From the NCBI GenBank assembly GCA_900541475.1, contig UQJV01000001.1, positions 34,245 through 98,244 on the forward strand: a stretch of DNA of 64,000 nt, read 5' to 3'. Positions 26,807 through 36,638 of this stretch are shown piece after piece (the first letter of the stretch is position 1; the number at the start of each line of letters is the position of its first letter). Source of the stretch: an uncultured Collinsella sp. (GTDB taxonomy: Bacteria > Actinomycetota > Coriobacteriia > Coriobacteriales > Coriobacteriaceae). The position numbers and the translations under genes were made by a program. The notes under the pieces are model-generated. The model searched no databases. It saw nothing but the letters and a program-made list of their open reading frames with translations, and was not told the origin of the DNA.

Positions 26807-29473
26807 ATGACACCTCTCGCAAAACGTCTCCCGCGCGAGCTGCGCCGCAATATCGGCAAGTACCTGGGCATCTTTTTGCTTATGTGCGGAAGCATCGCCC
26901 TTACCTCGGGCTTTTTGCTCGCGGCGCATTCCATCGGTTGTCTTATCGACGACATGCGCGATGCGTACACGATTGAGGACGGCCGCGTGACCACCTCTTT
27001 CGAGGCTACCGACGATCAACTCAAGGCCGCCGAGAATGCCGCCAGTGACGTCGGCGGCGTCACGCTCTACAAGAATTTCTCCATCGACGCCATCATCAAA
27101 AAGGTGTCTGGCGACGACGGCACCAAGCGCACGCTGCGCACCTATGCGCACCGCACCAAGGTCGACATTGCGTCGTACAGCGAGGGCAAGCAGCCAAAGG
27201 CAGATGACGAGGTGGCAATCGACCGCGTTTTTGCCACCAACAACGACCTCGTCGTGGGCGATAAGGTCGAGCTCGAGGGCCGCACCTACACCATCTGCGG
27301 CATCATGACCCAGCCCGATAGCCAGGCGCTGTTCCTCAACAATTCGGACTTTACGGTGAACACCATCACGTACGGCGTGGCCGAGGTCACCGATGCCGGC
27401 TTTGCCGCGCTTGAGGATGCCGGCGGCGCACCCGCCTACACCTACTCCTTCACCTTTGCCGATCGCGACCTCCCCACCGCGGATCGCATCGATGCGGAGC
27501 AGGATATGGTCGAGGCGCTGGCCGATGCCGATGCGCGCGTGGACGATCTGATCGATGCCGATTCCAACCAGGGCATTGGCTATGCGCGCGACGACGTGGA
27601 CGGCGACTCCATGATGTGGATGACTCTGCTCGACATCATCATCGTGATCATGGCGTTTGTCTTTGTGGTCCTTACCGACGCCACCATCGAGGAGGAGAGC
27701 GCCATCATCGGCACGCTGCTCGCCAGCGGCTATCGTCGACGCGAGATTGTGCTGCACTACCTGGCACTTCCCGCCATCGTGGGCGTGGTCGCGGCGCTTT
27801 TGGGCACTGCGCTTGGCATTGTGTTCTTTACCGAGCCCATGCGCAGCCTCTATTACGGTTCGTACAGCCTGCCGCCCTTCCAGGTGTACTGGAGCTGGGA
27901 GATCTTTGTGAAGTGCGCCGTGGTCCCCGCCGCTGCGCTCATCCTCATCACGCTGGTGGGCCTGCTTCGCAAAATGGGCAAGACGCCGTTGCAATTCCTT
28001 CGTCACGAGGCGAGCGGCAAATCGGGTACCAAGCGCGGCCTGCAGCTGCCGGAGCGCATGGGTTTTGTCTCGCGCTTTCGCCTGCGCATCTTCCTGCGCA
28101 ACCTGGGCAGCTTCGCCACGCTCTTCGTGGGTATTGCGTTTGCTTCGCTGCTGCTGCTCTTTGGCCTGGCGATTTTGCCCACGATGACGCACTACGCGGA
28201 CAACCTCGAGACGAGCCTGGTCGCCGAGCACCAGTACACGCTCAAGGCGCCGCTGGAGTTCGAGGGCACTGCCGAGGAGCGCGAGCAGTGGTCGGCACTC
28301 GAGCGCTTGCAGTCGGTTGACGGCGCGCTGTTTTCCGCCGCCCGGGATGCCGATGACGAGCTTGACGACGCGGCCGATGCTGCGCGGGCGGCGGCCGATG
28401 CCGCGACCGCATCTCCGTCTGCCGAGAGCCTGACCGCAGCGCAGGATGCGCTTGCCAAGGTCCAGGACAAGAAGGGTGCGCTCTACGCGCGCCTTGACGA
28501 TCTTGCCGATGCCCTCGGCTGCAACCGCGACGAGGCTATCGACCTGATCGACAAAGCCTCCAAGATTGACACTGACAACGACGATATTCACCCGGTCAAT
28601 ACGACCGACAACGGCGCGGGCGCAATCGCGCAGGCCGAGAAATATGCCGTTTACCAGCTGCAATACGACCGCGGCGATGGAAATGGCGAGGAGACGATTT
28701 CCATCTACGGCATCTCGCCCGATTCGCGCTATTGGAAAGACCTCAACGTCGGCGATGGGCGCGTCGTCTTTGGCGGTGGTCTGCTCGACAAGTTTGGCTG
28801 GAGCGAGGGTCAGAAGGTCACACTCGGCGACAAGTACGAGGGTGAGCATTATTCCCTTGAGTACGCGGGCAAGGATTGTGCCTGGGGCTCCAAGTCGGAC
28901 ATGAATATCTATATGAGTATCGACGACTTTAACGAGCTGTTCGACAACGATGCCGCCTACTTTAACGGCTATGTGAGCGACGAGAAGCTCGACCTCGATG
29001 CGCGTTACTTTGCCGGCGACACCACGCCCGACGACATGCGCGCCGTGGGCGACCAGTTCATCGGCATGATGAGCAAAATGATCGGCATGATGGTTGGGCT
29101 CGCGGTGTTTATCTTCCTGCTGTTTATGTACCTGCTGACCAAGGCTGTGATCGACCATAGCGCCCGTTCGATCAGCTACATGAAAGTCTTTGGCTATCGC
29201 GATAGCGAGATCTCGCATCTGTACATCCGCCCGATCACACTGTGCGTGGTGGTGTCGCTCGTGCTAAGCCTGCCGGTCATTATTGGCTCGCTCACGGCCA
29301 TCTTCCGCTCGATGCTCCTCGCCTACAACGGCAATATCGAGATCTACGTGCCCGCTTGGTCCATGGCGGCGTGCGTGGGCATTGGCTTTGCGACCTACCT
29401 GGTCGTGGCGCTGCTACACACGCGTTCTATCAAGCGCGTCAGTCTGGCCGAAGCCCTCAAAGTCCAAGAGTAG
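26807..29473 (+). CDS. FtsX-like ABC permease (MacB-type, ~890 aa with two large extracytoplasmic domains)
   Basis: Two 4-TM blocks each preceded by large hydrophilic domain; follows cognate ATPase. Confidence 0.75.
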   Translation: MTPLAKRLPRELRRNIGKYLGIFLLMCGSIALTSGFLLAAHSIGCLIDDMRDAYTIEDGRVTTSFEATDDQLKAAENAASDVGGVTLYKNFSIDAIIKKVSGDDGTKRTLRTYAHRTKVDIASYSEGKQPKADDEVAIDRVFATNNDLVVGDKVELEGRTYTICGIMTQPDSQALFLNNSDFTVNTITYGVAEVTDAGFAALEDAGGAPAYTYSFTFADRDLPTADRIDAEQDMVEALADADARVDDLIDADSNQGIGYARDDVDGDSMMWMTLLDIIIVIMAFVFVVLTDATIEEESAIIGTLLASGYRRREIVLHYLALPAIVGVVAALLGTALGIVFFTEPMRSLYYGSYSLPPFQVYWSWEIFVKCAVVPAAALILITLVGLLRKMGKTPLQFLRHEASGKSGTKRGLQLPERMGFVSRFRLRIFLRNLGSFATLFVGIAFASLLLLFGLAILPTMTHYADNLETSLVAEHQYTLKAPLEFEGTAEEREQWSALERLQSVDGALFSAARDADDELDDAADAARAAADAATASPSAESLTAAQDALAKVQDKKGALYARLDDLADALGCNRDEAIDLIDKASKIDTDNDDIHPVNTTDNGAGAIAQAEKYAVYQLQYDRGDGNGEETISIYGISPDSRYWKDLNVGDGRVVFGGGLLDKFGWSEGQKVTLGDKYEGEHYSLEYAGKDCAWGSKSDMNIYMSIDDFNELFDNDAAYFNGYVSDEKLDLDARYFAGDTTPDDMRAVGDQFIGMMSKMIGMMVGLAVFIFLLFMYLLTKAVIDHSARSISYMKVFGYRDSEISHLYIRPITLCVVVSLVLSLPVIIGSLTAIFRSMLLAYNGNIEIYVPAWSMAACVGIGFATYLVVALLHTRSIKRVSLAEALKVQE

Positions 29474-29556
29474 TCATCGGGGACGTTCCTAAAAGACTAG
29501 TCGCTGGGGACATTCTTTCGCCGCCCGGCAGGAAAGGGACGTCCCCAACGACTAGG
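29471..29556. repeat. two REP-like palindrome copies in opposite orientation
   Basis: TAGTCATCGGGGACGTTCCTAAAAGACTAGTC and GGGACGTCCCCAACGACTAGG. Confidence 0.7.
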
Positions 29557-29638
29557 TTTCGCGCTTGACTTTGACCCTACTTCAGCGGGTACCATCCTCT
29601 TATGTCTGTAACGCCATATAGACCGAGGGGATATATCT

Positions 29639-30844
29639 ATGACCGCAACTGCACCCGCAGCACCCGCTAAGGTGTACTTCACCAACCTGCGCACGCATGC
29701 TCGCGAGAGCCAGCTCGACAAGCTCAAGCGCCTCATCCGTCACGCCGGAATTGAGCAGATCGACTTTGAGAACAAGTTCGTCGCCATCAAGATTCACTTT
29801 GGCGAGCTGGGCAACCTGAGCTTTTTGCGCCCCAACTACGCCCGCGCCGTCGCGGATGTCGTGAAGGAGCTGGGCGGCAAGCCCTTCCTTACCGACTGCA
29901 ACACACTCTACGTCGGTAGCCGCAAAAACGCGCTCGAGCACATCGACACTGCCTACCAGAACGGCTTTACCCCGTATGCCACGGGTTGCCAGATCATCAT
30001 CGCCGACGGCCTCAAGGGTACTGATGAGGCGCTCGTCCCGGTCGAGGGCGGCGAGTACGTGCATGAGGCCAAGATCGGTCAGGCGCTCATGGATGCCGAT
30101 ATCGTGATCAGCCTCACCCACTTTAAGGGTCATGAGCAGGCCGGCTTTGGCGGCGCCATGAAGAACCTGGGTATGGGTGGCGGCAGCCGCGCCGGCAAGA
30201 TGGAGCAGCATGCCGCCGGCAAGCCGAACGTCGCGACCGAGCACTGCGTTGGCTGCCATGCCTGCGAAAAGATCTGCGCACACGACGCTATCTCGTTCGA
30301 CGACACCCGCGAGCGCGAGCTTGCCAGCGGCGCTACTCGCACGGTGCACGTGGCCGCCATCGACCACGATCGCTGCGTGGGCTGCGGACGCTGCATTGCG
30401 GCATGCAACCAGGACTGCATCAAGCCCGGCTATGACGCCGCGGCCGACGTGCTCAACTGCAAGATCGCCGAGTACACCAAGGCCGTCGTCGACGGCCGCC
30501 CGAGCTTCCACATTTCGCTCGCCATGGACATCAGCCCCAACTGCGACTGCCATCCCGAAAACGACACGCCTATCGTTAACGATATCGGCATGTTCGCGAG
30601 CTTTGACCCGGTCGCCATCGACCAGGCCTGTGCCGATGCCGTCATGGCATCCGAGCCGCTGCCCAACACCGAGCTCACCGATAGTGCGGCCAAGATGGAG
30701 CACAACCACGAGCACCTGGAGGGCGAGCAGGCCAGGGACCCCTTCTGCATCACGCATCCCGACACCGACTGGCGCACCTGTATCGCACACGCCGAGAAGA
30801 TCGGCCTGGGCACGAGCGAGTACGAGCTCATCGAGGTCAAATAG
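29639..30844 (+). CDS. DUF362-family protein with inserted 2x[4Fe-4S] ferredoxin motif
   Basis: CVGCHACEKIC and CVGCGRCIAACNQDC embedded in DUF362-like scaffold. Confidence 0.6.
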   Translation: MTATAPAAPAKVYFTNLRTHARESQLDKLKRLIRHAGIEQIDFENKFVAIKIHFGELGNLSFLRPNYARAVADVVKELGGKPFLTDCNTLYVGSRKNALEHIDTAYQNGFTPYATGCQIIIADGLKGTDEALVPVEGGEYVHEAKIGQALMDADIVISLTHFKGHEQAGFGGAMKNLGMGGGSRAGKMEQHAAGKPNVATEHCVGCHACEKICAHDAISFDDTRERELASGATRTVHVAAIDHDRCVGCGRCIAACNQDCIKPGYDAAADVLNCKIAEYTKAVVDGRPSFHISLAMDISPNCDCHPENDTPIVNDIGMFASFDPVAIDQACADAVMASEPLPNTELTDSAAKMEHNHEHLEGEQARDPFCITHPDTDWRTCIAHAEKIGLGTSEYELIEVK

Positions 30845-30892
30845 CGCCTATCTATTGGACAAAACAAGCGCCTTTGTAGCGTTAGTTGAGCA

Positions 30893-30929
30893 AAAGCCGC
30901 CCGTGGGCACAGCGCTCACGGGCGGCTTT
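30893..30929. terminator. bidirectional hairpin between convergent genes
   Basis: AAAGCCGCCCGTG..CACGGGCGGCTTT. Confidence 0.5.
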
Positions 30930-31095
30930 CCGGAAGTATGCGGCAAATTTCGAGACCGCCGAGCACACGACGTTTTTTGGCAACAAAACCCCTGATAAAT
31001 TGTTGGTAAAACTGCGGTCTGGTCGGCAGTTCCAGATTTTTCCGCATACTTCCGAAAATAGGGGGTCAGATAAAGCCCCAGACGTTGCTTTTTGC

Positions 31096-32061
31096 CTAAA
31101 AATACTCGTCGAGGAAGTTGTTGACTGTGTTCCAGTAGAGCTCGGGGTCAACTTGCGCGCTCTTGGCGTGGGTGGCGCCATGGATGGTGAGCTTTTGCTT
31201 GACTTTGCTGGCGCACGCGTCGTAGTTTTGGTCGAGCATGTCGTACGGCACAAAGGTGTCCTGGTCGCCGTGGATAAACAGCATGGGAACCGTCGCGTGT
31301 TTGAGTTGCTCCGCACTGCTCGCCTTATGAAAGTCGTAGCCCGCGCGCACGTTGCACACCAAGTTTGCTACATCGAGCAAGGGAAAGCTGGGCAGGCCGA
31401 ACACGTCCTTGAGCTGCAGAGAAAACTCGTCCCAAACACTCGTATAACCACAGTCCTCGATAATACATTTCACGTTTGCGGGCAGAGATTCTCCCGCCAC
31501 GTTCATAGCGGTTGCTGCACCCATCGACTCGCCAAAGACCAGGATGCGCGCCTCGGGGTCAGCCTGAACGATTTGCTCGATCCATGCGACGATATCGAGG
31601 CGCTCGGGCCAGCCCATGCCGATATAGTCGCCGCCGGAGCGCTCGTGGGCGCGGGCGGCAGGCGCAAGCACGTTCATGCCGCGGTCGTGGAAGCGCTTGG
31701 CGTATCGGGCCATGCCGATGGGCTCGTTGGTATATCCATGCAGGCAGACGGCGTAATCGTGGGTGTTCTCCGAGGCGGCAAAATACCAAGCGGCAAGTTC
31801 GGTTCCGTCATCTGCGGTGAGGCTGCTGCTCTCGCGGTTGTCCTTAAACCACGCCCGCGCCTCGGTGTCCTCGGCATCCATCTGTTCGCCCTTTTCGGCG
31901 TCCTTGCCATCCTGCATCATCTTCATGGTGTATGGCGCGCGGGGATTCAGCGCGAAGTCAAACAGAAAGTTGCCGGCAAATCCGAGCAGCGCAACGACAA
32001 CCACCAGCGCAACGATGCCGGCTATCTTGAGCTTTCGATGGGAACGTGCGTTTTGAGCCAT
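31096..32061 (-). CDS. membrane-anchored alpha/beta hydrolase (esterase/lipase fold)
   Basis: N-terminal TM helix; GESMG nucleophile elbow; HG oxyanion region. Confidence 0.75.
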   Translation of the reverse strand: MAQNARSHRKLKIAGIVALVVVVALLGFAGNFLFDFALNPRAPYTMKMMQDGKDAEKGEQMDAEDTEARAWFKDNRESSSLTADDGTELAAWYFAASENTHDYAVCLHGYTNEPIGMARYAKRFHDRGMNVLAPAARAHERSGGDYIGMGWPERLDIVAWIEQIVQADPEARILVFGESMGAATAMNVAGESLPANVKCIIEDCGYTSVWDEFSLQLKDVFGLPSFPLLDVANLVCNVRAGYDFHKASSAEQLKHATVPMLFIHGDQDTFVPYDMLDQNYDACASKVKQKLTIHGATHAKSAQVDPELYWNTVNNFLDEYF

Positions 32062-32229
32062 GCGGTATTCTCCTATAAGATGTTAATACATCAACATTTA
32101 ATGCAAGCGCATTATGGACGTTCGCCGTTGATGCGTCAACAAGCAAAGAATGGGTAAACAAAGGGTCACGTATGGTGCAAATTTCGCACGTACCTAGACG
32201 CTTTGATATAGTGTTGAGAACTCTTTACG

Positions 32230-32931
32230 TTGGAGGATGTAACCGGCATGTCCGATTCGAGCGACAGTTCTAAGCCGCGACCCAAGATCGCGGCCGTTCC
32301 ACACTACACGGTGGGCGAGGAGATCATGAACTCCGTCACCCATGGTGTCGGCTGCCTGCTGGGTATCGCGGGCCTGGTGCTCCTGATCGTATTCGCCGCC
32401 CTGCGCGGCGGGGGCCCGGCCCACATGGCCGCGGCAATTGTCTATGGCGTCAGCATTATCCTCGAATACCTAGCCTCTACGCTCTACCATGCGATTCAGC
32501 CCGCGGGCGCTAAACGCGTGTTCCGCATTATCGACCACAGCTGCATCTACCTGCTCATAGCCGGCAGCTATACGCCGTTTTGCCTCATCACGCTCGCAAA
32601 CGACGGCGGCGCTGTGCTGTTCTTTGCCGTGTGGGCCATCGCCATCATCGGCATCGCCCTCGAGTGTTTTATGCGTGAGCGTCAACCGCACTGGGTAAGC
32701 GGCCTGGTCTACCTGCTGATGGGCTGGCTCGTCGTCTTTAAGCTGCCCGAGCTCGTGTCGCTGCTCAACCCCGTGGCACTTGCCCTGCTCGCCGTCGGCG
32801 GCGTGTGCTACACCGCGGGCGTGCCGTTCTATATCGCCAAAAACGTGCGCTATCTGCACAGCGTGTTTCACCTGTGGGTGCTCGCCGGCAGCATCTTCCA
32901 GTTCATGGCGGTGATCCTCTTCGTAATCTAG
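32230..32931 (+). CDS. hemolysin-III / PAQR family channel protein (probable start at MSDSSD, ~32248)
   Basis: 7-TM pattern; HAIQ / HxxxH-like motifs typical of HlyIII (YqfA). Confidence 0.75.
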   Translation: MEDVTGMSDSSDSSKPRPKIAAVPHYTVGEEIMNSVTHGVGCLLGIAGLVLLIVFAALRGGGPAHMAAAIVYGVSIILEYLASTLYHAIQPAGAKRVFRIIDHSCIYLLIAGSYTPFCLITLANDGGAVLFFAVWAIAIIGIALECFMRERQPHWVSGLVYLLMGWLVVFKLPELVSLLNPVALALLAVGGVCYTAGVPFYIAKNVRYLHSVFHLWVLAGSIFQFMAVILFVI

Positions 32932-33041
32932 CGACCATGCCTGCGCGTCCGCGTCCTCGTTTGGGCGCCAGTGCAATTGCTGTATCTGTCATCAACGTTT
33001 TACCCTAACGTCCCGAATCTTGGAGGTTCGAGAAACTCCCG

Positions 33042-34415
33042 ATGGACATAACCATCTCCCTTATCACCACCCTCGTTTTGACCCTCATCAACGGCTACTT
33101 CTCCATGTCCGAGATGGCGCTCACCACGGCTAAGCGCGCCGTGCTGGAGCACGAGGCCGAGGAGGGCGACAAGCGCGCCGAGCGCGCCATTAAGCTGGCC
33201 GCCGATTCCGACCAGCTGCTCGCCACCATCCAGGTCGCCATCACGCTCGTGGGCTTTGCCTCGTCTGCCGTCGCCTCGACGAGCCTGTCCGACCCGCTTG
33301 CCACATGGCTCACGAGCTTTGGCATCGCGCCGCTCTCCGCCATCGCGCGTGGCCTGGCGCCGGTCATCATCACCGTCGCGGTCGCCTTCGTGTCTATCGT
33401 GATCGGCGAGCTGGTTCCCAAGCGCATTGGACTGGCCAACGCCGAGGGCGTATCCAAGCAGGTCGTGGGCCCGCTGTCGTTTTTCCAAAAGATCGCCCAC
33501 CCGCTCGTGTGGCTGACCGGCGCCTGCTCCGATGGCCTGGCTCGCATCCTGCGCATCAAGAGCGCCGACGACCGCCAGAACGTCTCGGAGGAGGAGATCA
33601 AGTACATGGTCTCGGAGCAGGACGACCTGCTCGACGAGGAAAAGCGCATGATCCACGAGATCTTCGACCTGGGCGACACCGTTGCCCGCGAGGTCATGGT
33701 GCCGCGCGTGGACACTACCATGTGCGAGGACGACGAGACGGTCGCCGACGTGCTGTCCACCATGCGCCAGACCGGCTTTAGCCGCATCCCCGTCTATCAC
33801 GAGGATCCCGACAACGTCGCCGGCATCGCGCACATCAAGGACCTGATCCAGCCTTCGCTCGACGGCAAGGGCGATCAGCCCATCGCCGACTTTTTGCGCG
33901 ACGCCACCTTTGTGCCCGACACCAAGGACATCCTGCCGTTGCTGTCCGAGATGCAGACCTCGCACGACCAGATCGTAGTGGTCGTGGACGAGTACGGTGG
34001 CACGGCCGGCATCATCACCATCGAGGACATCGTCGAGGAGATCGTGGGCGAGATCGAGGACGAGTTCGACCCCGACAACAAGTACCTCACGCGCCTTTCG
34101 CGCCGCGAGTGGCTCGTCGATGGGCGTTTTTCGTGCGATGACGCGATTGAGCTTGGTTGGCCGCTCGAGGAAAGCGATGATTATGAGACCATCGCCGGCT
34201 GGATTTTGGAGCTTTGCGACTCGGTACCCGACATCGGAGAGGTGTTTGAGGTCGCGGGGTACAAGTTTAAGGTGCAGTCGATGCGTGGCCAGCGCATCTC
34301 GCTCATTCGCGTGATCGCTCCGGCCGAAACCGATAAGAAGGATTCCGAGCCCTCGGCAGATAAGCCGACGGTGTCGGGTGCGGGCTCTGCGGACCCGCAC
34401 GACGGCGACGAGTAG
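33042..34415 (+). CDS. CNNM/DUF21 + CBS pair + CorC_HlyC transporter-associated domain protein (TlyC/CorC family)
   Basis: N-terminal DUF21 TM domain, CBS region, C-terminal CorC domain. Confidence 0.85.
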   Translation: MDITISLITTLVLTLINGYFSMSEMALTTAKRAVLEHEAEEGDKRAERAIKLAADSDQLLATIQVAITLVGFASSAVASTSLSDPLATWLTSFGIAPLSAIARGLAPVIITVAVAFVSIVIGELVPKRIGLANAEGVSKQVVGPLSFFQKIAHPLVWLTGACSDGLARILRIKSADDRQNVSEEEIKYMVSEQDDLLDEEKRMIHEIFDLGDTVAREVMVPRVDTTMCEDDETVADVLSTMRQTGFSRIPVYHEDPDNVAGIAHIKDLIQPSLDGKGDQPIADFLRDATFVPDTKDILPLLSEMQTSHDQIVVVVDEYGGTAGIITIEDIVEEIVGEIEDEFDPDNKYLTRLSRREWLVDGRFSCDDAIELGWPLEESDDYETIAGWILELCDSVPDIGEVFEVAGYKFKVQSMRGQRISLIRVIAPAETDKKDSEPSADKPTVSGAGSADPHDGDE

Positions 34416-34439
34416 GGCAAGGAAGAGTAGGGGAGAGTT

Positions 34440-35285
34440 ATGGCAGGCCTGTTCAACATCCTTAAGGTCACCGTCAGCGAGGACAAGATCTGCGCGCATG
34501 TGCTGGTGAACCCCGGCATGCCGCTCATGACCTCGGAGGACATCGAAGCCACGGCGCGCGTGTACTACCTGGTGCCCGCGATTGCCAAGCATCTGTGCCT
34601 GGGCGATTCCGGTCGCGAGTTCCAGGACTGCATGGGCCAGACCGAGCTTTGCCATCTGCTGGAGCACGTGACGGTCGAGCTCATGAACGAGACCGGGCTT
34701 GCCGGCAGCATTTCGTGCGGCCGCACTCGTGTGAGCGAGCACGATGAGCGTGTCTTTGAGGTCGAGCTTTCGTGTCCCGACGACGCGCTGGCCATCGGCG
34801 CGCTGTCTTCGGCGATCTTTATGATGGATTGGGCCTATCTGCATGCCGACCAGCCCGCTCCCGATGTGGACGGTACGGTCGCGGGCCTGCGCAACCTGGT
34901 GCTGGGCATGCGTGCCGAGGCCGAGGGCAAGGATCCGCACGAGGCCGTCGCCGCCGCGAACGCCGAGGACGAGGCCGGGGACGCGACCGAGGGCGATGTG
35001 CCTGTCGAGGCTGCCGTCGATCCTGTCGACGAGGCGCCTGCTGAGGCGGCTTCCGAGCCCGAGCCCGCGGAGCCCCAGGGCGTCCCGAGCTTTGACGACG
35101 AACCGCAGGAGGCAATCGATACCGAGGGAGCGACCGCCGAAAGCCACGAGGCCCCTGCTGCCGTCTACGGTGGCGCGGCGACGGCTCCGGTTGCCCCCGT
35201 GCACGAGGGAGCGCTGCCGCTCGTTGACGGCGCCGGCGAAGACCCGGCCGCCACGGTGGCCATGCCGGCCGTGCCGCAGGAGTAG
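34440..35285 (+). CDS. hypothetical protein with Cys/His-containing N-domain and acidic Ala/Glu/Pro-rich tail
   Basis: ORF only; no recognised family. Confidence 0.4.
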   Translation: MAGLFNILKVTVSEDKICAHVLVNPGMPLMTSEDIEATARVYYLVPAIAKHLCLGDSGREFQDCMGQTELCHLLEHVTVELMNETGLAGSISCGRTRVSEHDERVFEVELSCPDDALAIGALSSAIFMMDWAYLHADQPAPDVDGTVAGLRNLVLGMRAEAEGKDPHEAVAAANAEDEAGDATEGDVPVEAAVDPVDEAPAEAASEPEPAEPQGVPSFDDEPQEAIDTEGATAESHEAPAAVYGGAATAPVAPVHEGALPLVDGAGEDPAATVAMPAVPQE

Positions 35286-35415
35286 GCTCACTCGCTTATC
35301 ACCATCATGTACCTGCGCCTTTACCGTACGCAGATGAGCAAGACGGCAAGCGCTGTGCTGCGGGTATAATGGACAGCATTCAAACGGTGGGCGCCGAGGT
35401 GCCCGCAGGAGAGGA

Positions 35416-35811
35416 ATGAACATGGGTAAGACTTTCAACTTTATCTCGGGTGCGCTCTTCGGTGCTGCCGCCGGCGCCATCATCGGCGTCGCCCTGGCTC
35501 CGCGCTCGGGCGCCGAGACCCGCGCCATGGCTGCCGATATCGCCAACGACGCCTGGGATAACATGCGCGACACCTACGAGCACGGTGCCGAGGAGGCCCG
35601 CGCCGCGGTCAACGATTTTGGCCCGATGGTCGACGCCAAGACCGATGACCTGCGTGCCAAGGTTGACCTTGCCCGCGAGCGCATGGACCAGCTGCGCGAG
35701 CAGCTCAACGACGCCATCTCGGGCGGCAACGTGACGCCCGCCGCCGATGTCGTGGTCGAAAACGCCGTCGAGGCCGACACCGAGGCCGCGGAGCCTTCGA
35801 CCGAGGCATAA
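35416..35811 (+). CDS. YtxH-like (general stress) small membrane-associated protein
   Basis: GALFGAAAGAIIGVALAPRSGAETR matches YtxH N-terminal motif. Confidence 0.65.
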   Translation: MNMGKTFNFISGALFGAAAGAIIGVALAPRSGAETRAMAADIANDAWDNMRDTYEHGAEEARAAVNDFGPMVDAKTDDLRAKVDLARERMDQLREQLNDAISGGNVTPAADVVVENAVEADTEAAEPSTEA

Positions 35812-36566
35812 TGCGCGCCGGGGATTTTGTCGGCGCCAAGATCTATCGCAAACCTACCGAGGACAAGCGCACCAAAAAAGACGGCACGCCGCGCAGCCCT
35901 AAAAAGCTCGGCAAGATTCACTTTCCGGTCTTTACCCCGGGCGGTACGCGCGTGGTGGGCTTTATGGTTCGCCAGTCCGATATCGCGGGTATGATCGAGC
36001 GCCCCGACCGATTTGTGGCGCTCGATGCCATTGGCGTCTACGAGGGCGCCATCGCGGTTGATGACGTCAAGGGCACCTACGATACCGCTGCGGCCAAGCG
36101 CCTCGACATCAACCTGGACGATTGCATTATCTGGGTTGGCATGGACGTGCGCACGGAGTCGGGCGATGTCGTCGGCTATTGCTCGGATGTGGAGTTCAAG
36201 CCGCGTTCGGGCGTCGTGCAGACGTTCTACGTGACCGCCGGCACTGCCTCGAGTGTGCTGGTGGGCGACACGCAGATGCCGCCGACGATGCTGCGCGGCT
36301 ATGCGGACGGCGCGATGATCGTTTCGGACGAGGTCAAGTCGCTCGGGTATTCGGGCGGCGCCGCCGCAAAGGCTGCCGAGGCAAGCGTCGCGGTGGGCGA
36401 TAAGGTCAAGAAGGGCGCCAAGGTGCTCGATGACAAGGGTTCGGTCGCCGTGGACAAGGGCAGCCGCGCGCTGGGCAAGCAGCTCGGCAAGACGCGCGGT
36501 ATGTTCAAGGCCTTTAAGGACGAATATCAAAAGGCGAGCGGGGGCTCGTCGAAAGCTAGCAAATAG
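35811..36566 (+). CDS. tandem PRC-barrel domain protein
   Basis: Two PRC-barrel-like segments (VVGFMVRQ...; VVGYCSDVEFKPRSGVV). Confidence 0.5.
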   Translation: MRAGDFVGAKIYRKPTEDKRTKKDGTPRSPKKLGKIHFPVFTPGGTRVVGFMVRQSDIAGMIERPDRFVALDAIGVYEGAIAVDDVKGTYDTAAAKRLDINLDDCIIWVGMDVRTESGDVVGYCSDVEFKPRSGVVQTFYVTAGTASSVLVGDTQMPPTMLRGYADGAMIVSDEVKSLGYSGGAAAKAAEASVAVGDKVKKGAKVLDDKGSVAVDKGSRALGKQLGKTRGMFKAFKDEYQKASGGSSKASK

Positions 36567-36589
36567 CGACGTACCAAATGACGGGAGAC

Positions 36590-36628
36590 AAGCCGGAGAC
36601 CTGTTGCTCCGGCTTGCTGCGTTTATGG
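36590..36628 (+). terminator. intrinsic terminator
   Basis: CAAGCCGGAG..CTCCGGCTTG + CTGCGTTTATG. Confidence 0.6.
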
Positions 36629-36638
36629 GGGAGGGCAC

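Noticed and set aside
33000-35573. 857-aa minus-strand ORF; likewise 36660-37784, 38069-40105, 40207-41361, 45122-46453, 55148-56722, 53417-54382, 51918-53141 minus-strand ORFs
   Set aside because: All are antisense to plus-strand genes with clear family signatures; compositions are low-complexity and no motif is recognisable.
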